Assembly: GCA_964035545.1 (NCBI GenBank)
Contig: OZ037767.1
Coordinates: forward strand, 26,056,628-26,120,627
Reading direction: 5' to 3'
DNA: 64,000 nt
Source of the DNA: Bugula neritina
Taxonomy: Eukaryota; Animalia; Bryozoa
Below, one piece after another: positions 50,847-64,000 of this stretch; the stretch's first letter is position 1, and the number at the start of each line of letters is the position of its first letter. The position numbers and the translations under genes are program-made. Under the pieces are notes generated by a model. That model made no database searches and was not told the origin of the DNA. It saw only the letters and a list, made by a program, of their open reading frames with translations.

Positions 50847-53096
50847 TGCATGAGTGAGATAATATACCATATATGATAATTGATATTAATAGTAAAAATA
50901 ATGATTATTAGGTGTAAAGTTTCAGCTTTTAGAAATAGCCCTAGTTTTAGTGGATAATTGCAGCATGGGGAGTTTTCTGTTTGGGAAATAAAATATTTAC
51001 ACTTTATAGATCTAAATTGTGAGTTATAAACCCCAAGCTAAGCAAAAATGTATATATATGTACCTAAGTGGAACACTACACACTACAATATTGTCTTACT
51101 ACAAGCATTATATATCACACATGTGTATGTATATAATTATGTAGTAATAACATACTATATTATGGCCATGCTACCATGACAGAAAGTTGCAATTGCTTGA
51201 ACCTAATATTTATAAAATTTTATAGCATCCGTCTGCAAATTGAAGGATCCCTTCTTGTATCAGACAAGAAGGTGGTAGTTGACTCCACAACTCATTACTT
51301 ACTGACAGAAAGTTTTTTGCTTGTGTTAGACAACAACTTTTTAATTGTATCAAATGCCTACTATTACAGGTATGTGTGGAGTAAGAGGACATTAAATATA
51401 AGAATATCTAGTATAGTACCCAGAGTTCGCATACCTTTTAGTTATGTAGCAATTCCAAATTGATTCACAGTATTAAATTGGTAGAGTAAGGAGGTGACTT
51501 GTAGAAAGTCATGGTAAATAATTTACAACTGACCTTAAACATGAAACAAATCTATTTAACTAATCAGAGAAATTATTCTATCTCCCAAACTTAAGAGAGC
51601 AGCGTTTAGAAGGTCGGTGGTGTATGATGTGTATATTTACTTGAATATTACTAGCTGTCTCATTAGAATAGTACTTGTAACACAATACACTGTTGGGTTA
51701 TGTTAAAACTTCAATCACCAAAAAAACGTTTTCGAAATTTAATCAATGTTGGAAAACATTGCACAATTTAGTTGAAATCCTATGACAAACAGATTAAGAT
51801 AACATGAAACATACAGTCCTCTCTGAAGTCTATAGCATCATTTAAAAATAACTACTGAATACATTTTCTAACTTTGCGTATCACGGCTCATTGAAAGAGC
51901 CCGGGAACTATATAGATGTTTGCTCTAATTAAGGTGGGATCACCCAGTCTATGTTGTGCCTTAATTGTTGTTGAATAACCTTTTTCTCCACTCTTAAAAG
52001 ATAGATATGTATTCATTGTCGTTATTTTGCAAACACCTATAATACAAGTGTCTACTTATTTATAAAATGCTGACTAACTTTAACTTATCAAATGAAATGT
52101 GCCGATACATAAAGAATAAGGCAAAGATTATCTTTATAATTTTTCAGTAAAGTTAACTCCGCCATGTAAGCCTCTCATATTGGTGTACAAGCTTGAATGT
52201 GTTTGTCAATAATATTTTGTGGGATTTGATGAAAAGAATGCTAAAACATTTATGACCCACGGAATTTGGTATGAAATATTATGGGAGACAGAGCCTTGGC
52301 TAAAGACAAGTACAATTGATAGATGCAGTAACAGAAATATTAAAAAAAGCTTATGTTTTATATGAAAATTACAGCGAACTGCATTTTATTGTTGCTACAT
52401 TTGCAGCCTGTGCCCTAAATCAAAGTTCATGAGTAATTAAAACACTTAGGCTAATGAAATTTCTCCTGCATTAACTGCACCTAAATGAAATCTTTCATAA
52501 GTCAGTTGAATTTCCGCTAGGCTAAACGTCTACAAGGTATTGATGATGTGCTTTGTTTGTATGTGTGACCTAACAAAGCAAATGTGCTGGTAGTATAACT
52601 ACATATTAGGCAAATTCTCAGCAGTTGAGTAATTTTCAAGGATTTATGAAGGTAGAGGTTGGAGTTGGTATTGAAGTAAATAGAAGCAAAATAGGTGATT
52701 TATTTGTCGAGAAGTTGGGACAAAATAACAGCATCACGAAACTGTAAACTGCAATATTTTTATTGAGTATGTTACTTCTACTTCTTATTCAATGGATTAT
52801 AATTACATAATATATTACGCAAAAGCACATATGCAAAACATTGTATCTAAATTTAGTTGAAAGCAAACACTAAAATGATAATTCAGCATAAAACAAAATA
52901 CAACTATATTTAAAAAAATATATCTCAGTATTTAAAAAATATGAAATTATTGTACAGAATAATATCACCAAGTATACAACCATCCAAATTCAAAATTAAT
53001 GGCTATTTCTTTTGTTAAATAATTAGTAGTCAACAGTGCTTAGATAACGCAATGGTGTTTGTAAAATCCATGACATCACTACTCTAAAAAATGCTA

Positions 53097-55579
53097 TTAA
53101 TAACTGGTGGTTTCATCACACAGTTGTTGGATAAGATCTCTCACTTGGTGACTTCCTCCATTACGGGCTCCTAGACTGGCCACCATCACTCCTGATACTC
53201 CAAGTCCATAGTCTATAGCACCTCTTTTACTCAAATTCTGTTTACCAATTTTACTATAAAGAAATTGTTTCACAATATATATGCAAATATAGATATTCAA
53301 TGAAATAGCTAGAAGTTTGACAAAATTTTAATTACTATTTTTGGAACGGTATGTAATACTACTAGTTGTAAATGTTTTAACCATTATTTATTGTTATATT
53401 GTTAATCTTACCTCTTGATGAAGTACAGGCGATAAGACTTGAAGAGACACATCAGGGAAATGACCAGAGTACAAACAGCATTAACAGATATAGCAATAGT
53501 TACTCCATACACCCAGATAAGTACAGATTTTATAAGAGGACCAGCAATGAATTGCAGAGTGTCATCTGGTACTACCATCTCCTGGGTTATCAAACACTGA
53601 ACAGTGTATCTGTGGAGGTTTTGGCCAAGTCTTCTTACCTACAACAATTTAGTGTTTGCAAAAGCATCCCATGTAGAAGTAATCATCAGAAGAAAAACTT
53701 TTGAAACTTTTTAAATCAAATGATTGTTAAATAAAAACTAGGCATAATTGACCTTTCCTTTCATCAGATTTATAAACATAAAAAGCTAATTCCAGTTCAA
53801 GAAGAGTTCTTATCCCTGCTTCAAGTTTAATATTGTAAATACCATAAGGTCTTTGCTGACGCAATGTTTAAACATCTTTTCATTCTTTAAAATCATCTGA
53901 CTTAGAGTATACAGTTGTTGTTTGAACTGTTTAACAGTTTAAACAATCCTGTTTCTATTTGCCTCGGGAAAATATAATTAATATATGCAATCTAATTAAA
54001 TGCCTTACCGCAAAGCTACACAAAACTGATGCGCTGGTATCTTCCACCTGGTTCATGCTTTGTATAGAGGTGGTGGCAGAGCTGGTGTTCATCTGAGAAA
54101 CTGCTTGAACATTGAGTACTTTCAGTATGAGAATCACACAGACAATTACAGAGCCTAGCTTGGTGATGATGAGCCTGAAGATAATGTCACATAGTGCTGC
54201 ATCTAACATATCTATTTACAAATGTATATAAACTAAAAGCCTAAATAAACTTGCTGCATCGTATAGCTTGCTGTGCTTATAGCATAGCTAAAATATCTAC
54301 AAGTTCAATTCTTGTTGAAACAACCTTCCTTGCAGAAATAAAATTTCCCGACTTGCTTGAGTTTCGAACTGATGGCTTATGGGTAGTTTTCAAAAACACT
54401 GTATATGACCCTTTAACAAAAGTGTTTAACGAACATTATATTACTTAAGTATAAATAGTAGGCAAATACTAAATTCTTAAAAATCTAACTTATATTTCAT
54501 GTTCTAAATAAGCTATCTAGTCTAATCAATAACCAAAGTTTATTTCAATTACTACTACATTCCATATAAAAATATAATTTAATTAGCACAATATATACTT
54601 ACCACAGAGCTAAGGTGAGACCCCTGTAGATGTCATTAGGTTCATTTGAAGTATGAATAATAAACTCTGCGCCATCTAAACGCCCAGCTATCACCCTCCA
54701 TAGAACTAGAGGCACTAAGCACAGGGCTGCTAGCAAAATCAGTGTCGGAAATGGAGCATCTGGGGTTGGAAATAAAGAGTTGATATCCACCTAAATTTGC
54801 CAGGAAATACAACAATTGCTTTCTAATTACTAATTTACGAATGAATATCACGTTGAAAGCCAATTCAATTTGTGGTGCCCAAGCCACACTGCAACTTTAG
54901 TTTGGTTTAATGTGCTTGAGAATGTGACGAGGAAGCACGAAACAAAAAGTTTGAAAAATAATCGTCATCTTACCGGGCGATAAAGTTCATCCAAGTCAAA
55001 TTCTGTTAGATTACTTAAGGGAATATTCAGATTAAGATCGTCATAAAGTTCTGCATGTCCACTGAGGCAGTATTTGTGCCCGTAATCAATCCAGTTATTG
55101 CTGAACTCTGCAGGCATAAAACAGTTGATACTGTTTTTTGTAGCTGCGGCGCTCAGGGAGGGTGATGTAAATATCAGAATGACTGCAGTGATAGCCAGAA
55201 CTATTGGAGTCACTAGATACAGAAGCAAGTCGATAAGGTTGACATCCCAACTCAAGCTTCCTATGCTGCAAGAAAAGTAAAACAGCCATTAAAGTAAAAT
55301 AAAAACATTTGGTTTTTGGAATCTTAAAAAAAACTTTGCTATGCAGTATGAGTATTACTATTAGTTCAGTAAAGTTCACTATCAGTATGAGTATCAGACT
55401 CAGACTATCAGTATCAGACTCAGACTATCAGTATTACTATTAGTACTCAGTAGTATATCATTAAAATTATAAATATATAAACAATATGAAACATACCGTG
55501 CTTGAAAACGCGCAGCTGGTGGCAATTGAGGTGGTTGTTCATTCTCAATAATCTTCTCATCCACAGCTACAAGCTTCAT
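53097..55579 (-). CDS. inx: Divergent innexin paralog 1, copy B
   Basis: Copy of 18956..21438 at offset +34141; no differences seen. Confidence 0.9.
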
Positions 55580-56981
55580 TTCAAAGTATTACACGGTGAC
55601 TGTAAGTTATAGTAACTTTAGTACTAGTATTCGTTAGCTAGGAGGTGCAGTTGATGCGAACACTGCACGCGAAGGTCAAAGTAATCTAAGAGGGTTAACT
55701 CTTTTAAAAGGCAAGTTTAGCCTTTGGTTCTAAACTATTTTTCACCCCTTATCTTTTGAGCCTGCCTTCAGATTGACAGTTGTTTACCATTAATCATGTT
55801 CGTAATACAGCTGCTATTGGTTATGATTCTATAAATAACACCATAGTATGCCTTTATCACTTCATTGCAGCAATGATTCATGCATTGCTCTTGGCGTTTC
55901 GAAATAGCTGCATCTATTAGAAAACAATGTAGAGTGCAGAGTTTGGACTGTAATAGAGCGCCCGATATTTATGCTTACAACTACACAAATAATCTGTAAT
56001 GTTAATTATCATAACAATGTCAATAAGGAAACTAAGTTGAGCAATTTAAAGATAATATAGACCTTGTTTTTCAACTGAGAAGAACTGTGTGTAAATGCAG
56101 ACTTTTGTTCTATAATATATTATTTAGTGGCTTCATCCATATACCATTTTAGAGCTTAGGCTGATCAGGAATCTTCCAGTTCACTTTTAATCTATGACTA
56201 GAAAATGCATTGATAAAGTAGAGTATACAAATCTATATACATGTAGCCTATAAACATCAGTTCATCCAATGTACTTTGATTTTCAAATAATGAAGCATGT
56301 GTTGGGTTGGCTTATTAACGTTCAGAAGCATTTGGCTATTAGAAAATCAACAATATTGGATTACAATGTGAGGTCTCAAGCCTGCACTCTACATTGAATA
56401 CAAATTAGTTAACTTAACTGCAAAATATTCAATAAAATTTTAATATATTTACTTTCAGTTTTCATTATAAAGTGATTGGTCTCTAATCAGCCTAGCTATA
56501 AGACAAGTTCGCCAGTGTGTTGCTATTTGTATTATAAATTCATACATCTTTGCAGTTTTATTTTAAAGCTATCACAATTTTTATTTTAATAAAAATCAAA
56601 GTAAAGTTATATAATTTTAATTATATTAGTTGCATTTGACAAACACATAACTCTGAACAACACAATTAAATGAAGTGCTAGCAGACAGATGTAGTACAAA
56701 TACTGAAACATGTAGAAACTAAACAGCTGTCACATGACAAAGTGTAGAGTATAATATTGTAGTATTGTTTTTTATAAAATGGAGTTGAGAATTCAAATGT
56801 CAAGTCAATATATGATTTGTCACACTACAAGCCAACACTTAAACATTGTATGTCAGCTTTACATTAAATAAAAATACTTCACTCTAAGAAAACCCGGCAG
56901 TAGAAACTCCAATGTTTGGTGTTATTGAAACAAATTAAAGTATCAAAATGGAGCCGGTAGTAAGAGTTGGAGTTGGCAGAA

Positions 56982-57074
56982 TTATCTTCTGAATTTCCTC
57001 GCTTTCTTAGCACTTGGTTCACCGCTGTGGGAGTGCAAGTACTCTATGCACTTAGTTGATTTGCATTGCTGTGC
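56982..57074 (-). other. Putative orphan terminal exon, copy B
   Basis: Copy of 22841..22933. Confidence 0.4.
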
Positions 57075-57686
57075 CTGTAATTTTCAAGTTAATTATAATA
57101 CAGCATGAACCCTACTCTGTGAAACCAAATTGCTAGAAAATCTACTAACCAAAGTTTGTAACATCAAAATTATCTAAAATCAATCAATAGCAAATGTTTA
57201 ATTTTGTAACATTTTGTATCAAAACAGAAATAGTAGGTAATATTATGGATGTGAAGTGACATTTGGGATTTAAAATCGATAGACAGTGTCAAACAGAGGT
57301 TAAAAATAAAGATTCTACTGACGGATGAATCAATATCATTTATATATGGACACTCTTATATTTCCGATGTGTTTAAATATGTACATATTTGCAAGCACTG
57401 TGCTTCATAATATATACTACACAACAACATACATTGATTTTTGCAAATGTTAACTCTTATAACTTTTGTCAGATTTTACGAATTAGGTGCAGTAATGGAG
57501 AAATTGAGAAAAGCCTGTGTTCTAGATTAGAAATTTAGCATGAGAAGTTATGTTCTGGCGAGAATTTCAACCATGATGGAAAAAGTGTTTTTAGAAATAA
57601 GTCAACACTATTACATGGTATCTTCACTACTATATTATACTCTGAGTGCAATAGCCAAAGTAACCTAATTTCACTATTAAACTGAC

Positions 57687-60600
57687 CTAATTTCACTTGT
57701 CCTGAATCACAGTCATAGAACCTCTCAATAAGAGAGACAATGGTGGATTTACCCCCTCCTGAAGGCCCAACCAGAGCTACTACTTTGCCAGGTTGAATAC
57801 ACAAGGAGACACCCTGGAATATAATACTGCAAGTGTATCGTATAACATACAGTAGTTTTTTTAATAATATTGTTATAATAGTTCAGTGAGTAATCAGCAC
57901 CAGTCTTATCTTCAGTTTCACATTAGGAGTTGTGTGCTCTTGTTACAAATCTATTTACAGCAAAAGATATAACAGCGATAAATAAAAATGCCATTACAAA
58001 TGGTTACATGTATAGCAAGGAGAAATACCTTTGGTAAAATAGATAACAACTAGTAGAAAATAAGTAGATATATGAAATATTTACATGTTAACATGTTAAG
58101 TAGTAAATTCAAAACAAGTTATTAGATGGTGACTACTCTCTATGCTACTAGTTGTTAGTAGTCACTACTAGCCACTATTACTTGCTACTAGTAACTACTA
58201 GTCGCTACTAGTTACTAATAGTTACTAATGGTTGCAACTAGTTACTGCTAGCTCTACATTATCACCAGCAGACTTTGACTAGCGTAATGCACACAATAAA
58301 CGTAAGATATTAGGTTGAGCTGAATAAACTCACCTTAAGTACTTGATAATCGAGTCTTGATGGATAAGTAAAGAACACATCTTCAAACTCTATCACTAAA
58401 AGATACACAGAAAAATAGCATTACGTTATAATCTATATATACTATCTTTTATATTACAATTTATATAATTTATTGTATATATTACAATTTATATTTTATA
58501 TATCATAGTCTAAAATCTAAATATACTATTTTTTATATATTACAATCTACACTTTATATTGTATAAAGTCAATTTACAAAGAAAAATATTTCTTTAAGAT
58601 AATCTTTGTCCTAAAAGTCATGAAAATGGCAAGAACAGCCCATTAGAAACCCTGTTTGTATGATAAATACATGTAAAATGCAGATCGTATTACTAACGGG
58701 GAGAGAAGTTGCTTGGTTCAACACAGTTTTCTTTGTCTGCCACCATCTTGGGCTCCATGTCGAAGATGGTGAACATCCGTTCTGATGCACCGACTGCCTG
58801 CAACACAACAAAAACTGATCTCTTTACGTCTCGGAGTGAAAACAGAGATCTAAGATTCTACTTTATTATATGTGATTTGTGAGTTACATTCATCTGTCTC
58901 AGTAAGCCGACATCATTATTTTGTCATCAATGTGCCGTGTTTTGCTATGAGTGACATCCTATACTCTACTTTATTAATTTCATGAAAAAGCAGAGCATAT
59001 TTTGCTATCCATTATTTATCCACTAGGATTATGAAACAACCCGAAATGTAAAAATACAGAAATGAGGATTAGAAATAAGTCATTACACGGCTTGATTCAA
59101 ACAAATAAAGGTCACAGAGATCTGTACCTAAAGTGATAAGTTCACACAGACATGTTTTAGATGAAGCAGACACATGACCTCTTTAAAGGGCAAAGTTCAC
59201 TTTGTCAGCGAGCTAGATAATACCTGCATGAACTCGCCGTAGAGGGTGGATATAACAGCGAGGAAAGCTGCAATCTGAACTGTGTAGACAAGGAATGAGG
59301 TGAGGATACCCACAGAGAGATGCCCTTCAAACACCAACTTTCCTCCATACCACATGGCAAGACAAATGGCACCAAATGCAGATATGCTGAGCCAGCCATT
59401 AAATAAACCTACAATATATTGTATTTCAACACATTATATTTCAACACATTGTATTTCAACACATTGTATTTCAACACATTACATTTCAACACATTGTATT
59501 TCAACACATTGTATTTCAACACATTATATTTCAACACATTGCATTTCAACACATTGCATTTCAACACATTGCATTTCAACACATTGCATTTCAACACATT
59601 GCATTTCAACACATTGCATTTCAACACAATGTATTTCAACACATTGTAAATCAGACACTAGCATATGACAGCTGAAGATAAATAATATTTCAACAATTAC
59701 AGCACAAACTATAAGCCTTCAAGCCACTACTCTGTGTTGATAAAAATTGAAAAAAATGTTCTCAACAAATTTTACATTTTCATTGCATTGCAATTCAAGT
59801 ATAAACTTTTCGCTTTCAAGTAACTTTAGCACACAAGACAAGACAAAAGAGCAGATAACTCCAGCTTGAGCCTAACAAATATTGCAAACAGAACAGAGGT
59901 TGGTGCGAGTCATCATGACTAACCTGTGAAAAAAGCAATATTCTTAGCCACGGCGTAGCTCTTCATGATCTCATTCTGATAATCAGAGACAACTTTCTTC
60001 TCCCCGTTAAAGGCTCTAACGGTTCTCATGCTAGAAATACACTCCTCAGCTACAGTGCCAGCGTCTGCTAGTTTATCTTGAAAGTCTTTTCGCATTCTTT
60101 TCATATAATTACCTTAAATCATATCATTTCTTTGCAAATGAGCATAAGAAATTTAATGAATGGTAAAACAGAGTTAAATAAGCGAAGTTATGAGATACAA
60201 GTACTACAGCATAATAGTTGAGACATCATTGCTCGCTAATAGTTAAGTTGATCTTCTTTTACTTAATAGAAAATAAAAGTGCAAAAGAAATAGAAAAAAT
60301 ATTTCATATATTTGATTTTAGCTAAGAATGCAGTAAAAACTTCTTCACAACGATGAGAAAAAGTGAACACAAGCAAAGTGTTACTTTCATAACATGTCGT
60401 TTCCAAAATTTCTTAATTTTTCAGTGGTAAGGGCACAGAGTGAAGTTTACTACTAAAATCAGGTTTAAAAGAATAAAACTCTGTGCAAGTAAGCTTGTAA
60501 CCAATTGCTTTTTGCGAACATAAAACATCGAAAATTACAGCTACGAGTAGATATAAAGAAAAGTGAAAATTCAGTATTGCACAACTTTTTTCTTCTTTAG

Positions 60601-63600
60601 CTATGCAATTTGTTGTTACATATATTACTTAATTTTAGCTGAATTTTTGTCTTTAAAAAGGAGACAACTTCGATTAAAATCAAAATACATTAGTGTAGGA
60701 ATCTGGTAAATAGCATATAACACTGTACTAGATTACTAGAGTGGACCAATGAGAAAGGGAAATGGAATTAGTTGTATAGTAGACAATACTGACCATACTG
60801 CACTGCGCTGAGAGATATAACTGGAACTACAGACAAGAGAATACCAGTCAAGGCAGGATTCAGCACCAACATGACCACCAGGGAGCCAGTAATTCCAATT
60901 AGATTCCTGAGCAACATAGATACGTTCACCTGCAGTTATAGACATCCATGTGTGAGCAGCTCATAGAACAAAAGACAAAACAATAAAAGTAGCAACGATG
61001 AGCATAGATTTAGGATTTTCAGTGGTATATTTTTTCAGCCATAACAAGGGATAGGTACAAACTAGCCGACAGTACATTATCTGACAATACAATACCTGAC
61101 AGCACATTACTTTACAGTACATTACCTGACAGTACATTACCTGACAGTACATTACTTTACAGCACATTACTATAGTATAACAGAAGACTTACAGTAATAG
61201 CACTCTGGATGACTTGTGTGTCAGAGGAAAGTCTGTTGGTCAACTCTCCAGTCCTGTGAATGTAACAAAACATCAAAATACCGCAGAAAAGAGAAATAGT
61301 GAGACAACATGCTAGTAGAAAGTGTGTTATTTGTTCACAGACTGAAGAATACTCATAGCTGTTTAAAGTTTCACCCTTAAATAAAATCAGTAGCCGTTTT
61401 ACTTGAACATGCCACACACATTACGAGACATAATTAGTGTTGGTATTACCTGGTAACATCAAAGAACTCAATGTCTTGCTGAGTGATGAATGTAAAGAGC
61501 TGCACACGTATCCTAGCAACAAGACGCTGACCGGCCAACTCAAACACCCAGGCTCTGAAGAAACCAGCCACTCCGTACACACAGTAGATGAGGAAAAGAA
61601 TGATTATGGTTTTGTTTAGGGCGGCTGAAACAGTATAGAGTTGACATGTATTAATTAAAACACACCACTATACTATGATGAATGTATGTCACACAGAACT
61701 AGCATTAGCTGAGCAGTCCACATACTGAGAAATTGTCAGAAAATTGCATGCACAAATATAATATCAACTCACCCATAGAAGTCTGAGCGGCATCCACAAC
61801 TTGACCAAAAAAGTAGGGGGCTACTATACCCGCCCCACTTGTTAGCATTAGGCAGAAGCACCCAGCACCAATCAAAGGCAGTTCCTATCAAATAACAACA
61901 TAATATCAGCAATACGCCCTTCAAAGTTAAGATATAGGGAATGGTTAAGTGTATAAGCCAAAGAAGTGATTTAAACATGTATATAACTGAGCAAAGTAAA
62001 CGGAGTGTTGTTGAGAGAGTATAACTCCTACAATGTATGTATTACATTTTTGCTGACTTATTCAGCTATGGTATTGCATATCTAATAGACTCAGGCATGA
62101 TATTACAATATATACTGTATAGTAATAATAGCCATACCGGTTTGGCAAGTGTCATCAGGCGACGCAAATTGGCACCAGTTTTAATCGGATTCCCTTCAGA
62201 GTCCAACTCCACATTGTCCTGGTTCACAATATGCTTCTCAGCTCTACTGGCTATTGCAGGGTGCCGTATAAACAGTACCGTAACCAGCAGTAACTCTATC
62301 ACAGCCAAAGGCACTGAGGCTATGACGCTAGCATAATATGTGGGTGGCAGAACAGTGCCCTTAGAATGTGACTCCAGCACTAAAGAACCCTGGTAACAGA
62401 TAACTAGCAATAAATCACATGATCCAACACTAAGCAACATTTACGAAGCTGACTTTATGAATGAACATTGAACACAGCATATTATTGTCTACAAGAGTGT
62501 GAATTGTACGTTATTTATATTGGGGAAGCTCAACAGTGACGGTTTTCAACAAAGCATATATTTCGACTTCAACCGGATTGGCAACAGGATTTGGTGGAAT
62601 GCCCTCCATGACATCACTGATGACCTTGATGGAGTTTGACTAAACAACTAGTTCCTTGAGCCAAGCACACTAAGCAGGTATTTTCACCAACTCAACGGCA
62701 AAATAATTAATTACGCATGCATGCGTTATTACAATAAGTAGCAGCTAATGTAAGTTATTTGGAGACGACAGCCTGAATTGTACACAAGAGACAAATATGA
62801 GAGCAATAAGTGAGCTTTTGATCTGAAACTGACAGCACATAGAGTAACACTCACCTTAACGATTGTAAATATAGTAATTGCTAGTGCAGTAATTAGAGCT
62901 GGTAGAAGCAGACGACGATCTGGAGTTATCTTCCTAACCAAATTATTTAAAGCCTTTCTCTCACTTTCATAAGAAAATAGGAAAATAATTAGCCATTTAC
63001 ATGCTGATATGATGAAAAGATCAAATACTGAAGCAGTGAGAGTGTAGTTTGTGACACTCAGGTATCTATCATGTGCCGATCCACCTACAAAATTAACAAC
63101 AATTTGAAAATGGCAGGTAAATATAAAAAGGTTCGCTCTGAAAGTTCAGAGTATGCACAAGTTTCCGAACTGCCTCCAAAAAACTACAGGGTAACGTAAT
63201 GCTGATAAAAGGGTATTCTTGGAAATAGTTAACATAACAGCTCATCAGTACTGTATGTAGCAGCAAAGAGATGAACAAAATTTGTTTCAACTAGGATTTA
63301 TAAAACACGATTGAAATTCATACTATAACCGGTCATTGTTTAGTTGCAAGAAGCCAACCAACAATTTGTGAATGTTGACACCAATGTGTGTGGTACAACA
63401 AGCTAACAATAACCAAAAGTTAGCCTACTTTTAAGTTTATAAAACCAGCTTACAAATCAAACTGAAACCTATAGAATGATCTTGATATACAAGAGTTTAC
63501 CTAAAAGCCATAGCACCCCAGTGGCAATGATATCACAAATAAGAACTATGTTGTTGAGAGTTGTGAGGCGGAGAAAGGGAAGTGTGTAGTAGACACGGCA

Positions 63601-63705
63601 ACCTTTAAACCATTCTTGATCTTCCAAACATTTGCTGTCACTATTGGCGAGGAGTTGTGCTTCCTCCTCTGTGAGCTCAGCACGATTTATAGGCATTGCC
63701 GGCAT
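57687..63705 (-). CDS. ABCB half transporter (TAPL/ABCB9-like), 3'-truncated, copy B
   Basis: Copy of 23546..29564 at offset +34141, truncated at the same point. Confidence 0.9.
59415..59647. repeat. 15-bp minisatellite, copy B
   Basis: Identical to copy A. Confidence 0.97.
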
Positions 63706-63872
63706 GACCTGTTTAAAAATATACAACAAACAAACTTTAATGTATTACACTAATTAAAGCTCAAAATGTGTAACTAAATTAGTAAACTTATTATATATAA
63801 CACATTCTCGATGCTTTTATGAAATACTATAAAATCTAAATTTATAAAATAAACTTTATTGGCTTTAATTAT

Positions 63873-63956
<84 letters not shown>

Positions 63957-64000
63957 CAATGAACAGAAGCCAAAATACATAGAAACAAGATTTACTTAAC

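Overview
AT-rich, intron-rich invertebrate DNA, probably lophotrochozoan (a guess from style). There are no prokaryotic features. The window is two consecutive units of a direct tandem segmental duplication: 1..29859 aligns to 33252..64000, with the offset moving from 33251 to 34141. Each unit carries, all on the minus strand and reconstructed by hand from GT-AG sites and phase continuity: (1) a 14-exon, ~627-aa secreted protein with signal peptide, PAN/Apple-like domain, small Cys module and three tandem CTHRC1 C-terminal domains but no collagen helix; (2) two divergent 6-exon innexins with extracellular N-glycosylation sequons and no YYQW motif; (3) an ABCB9/TAPL-like half transporter that stops just after Walker A and is followed by an apparent orphan terminal exon of another gene. 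That apparent breakpoint occurs in both units, suggesting at least 3 copies. The copies are nearly identical except for a diverged first ~3.2 kb, a ~390-bp SNP island, repeat-length changes, and a young 1133-bp hAT-type element (8-bp TSD, nested palindromic MITE) inserted in a coding exon of the second triple-CTHRC1 gene. No database searches were run; family calls rest on remembered motifs.
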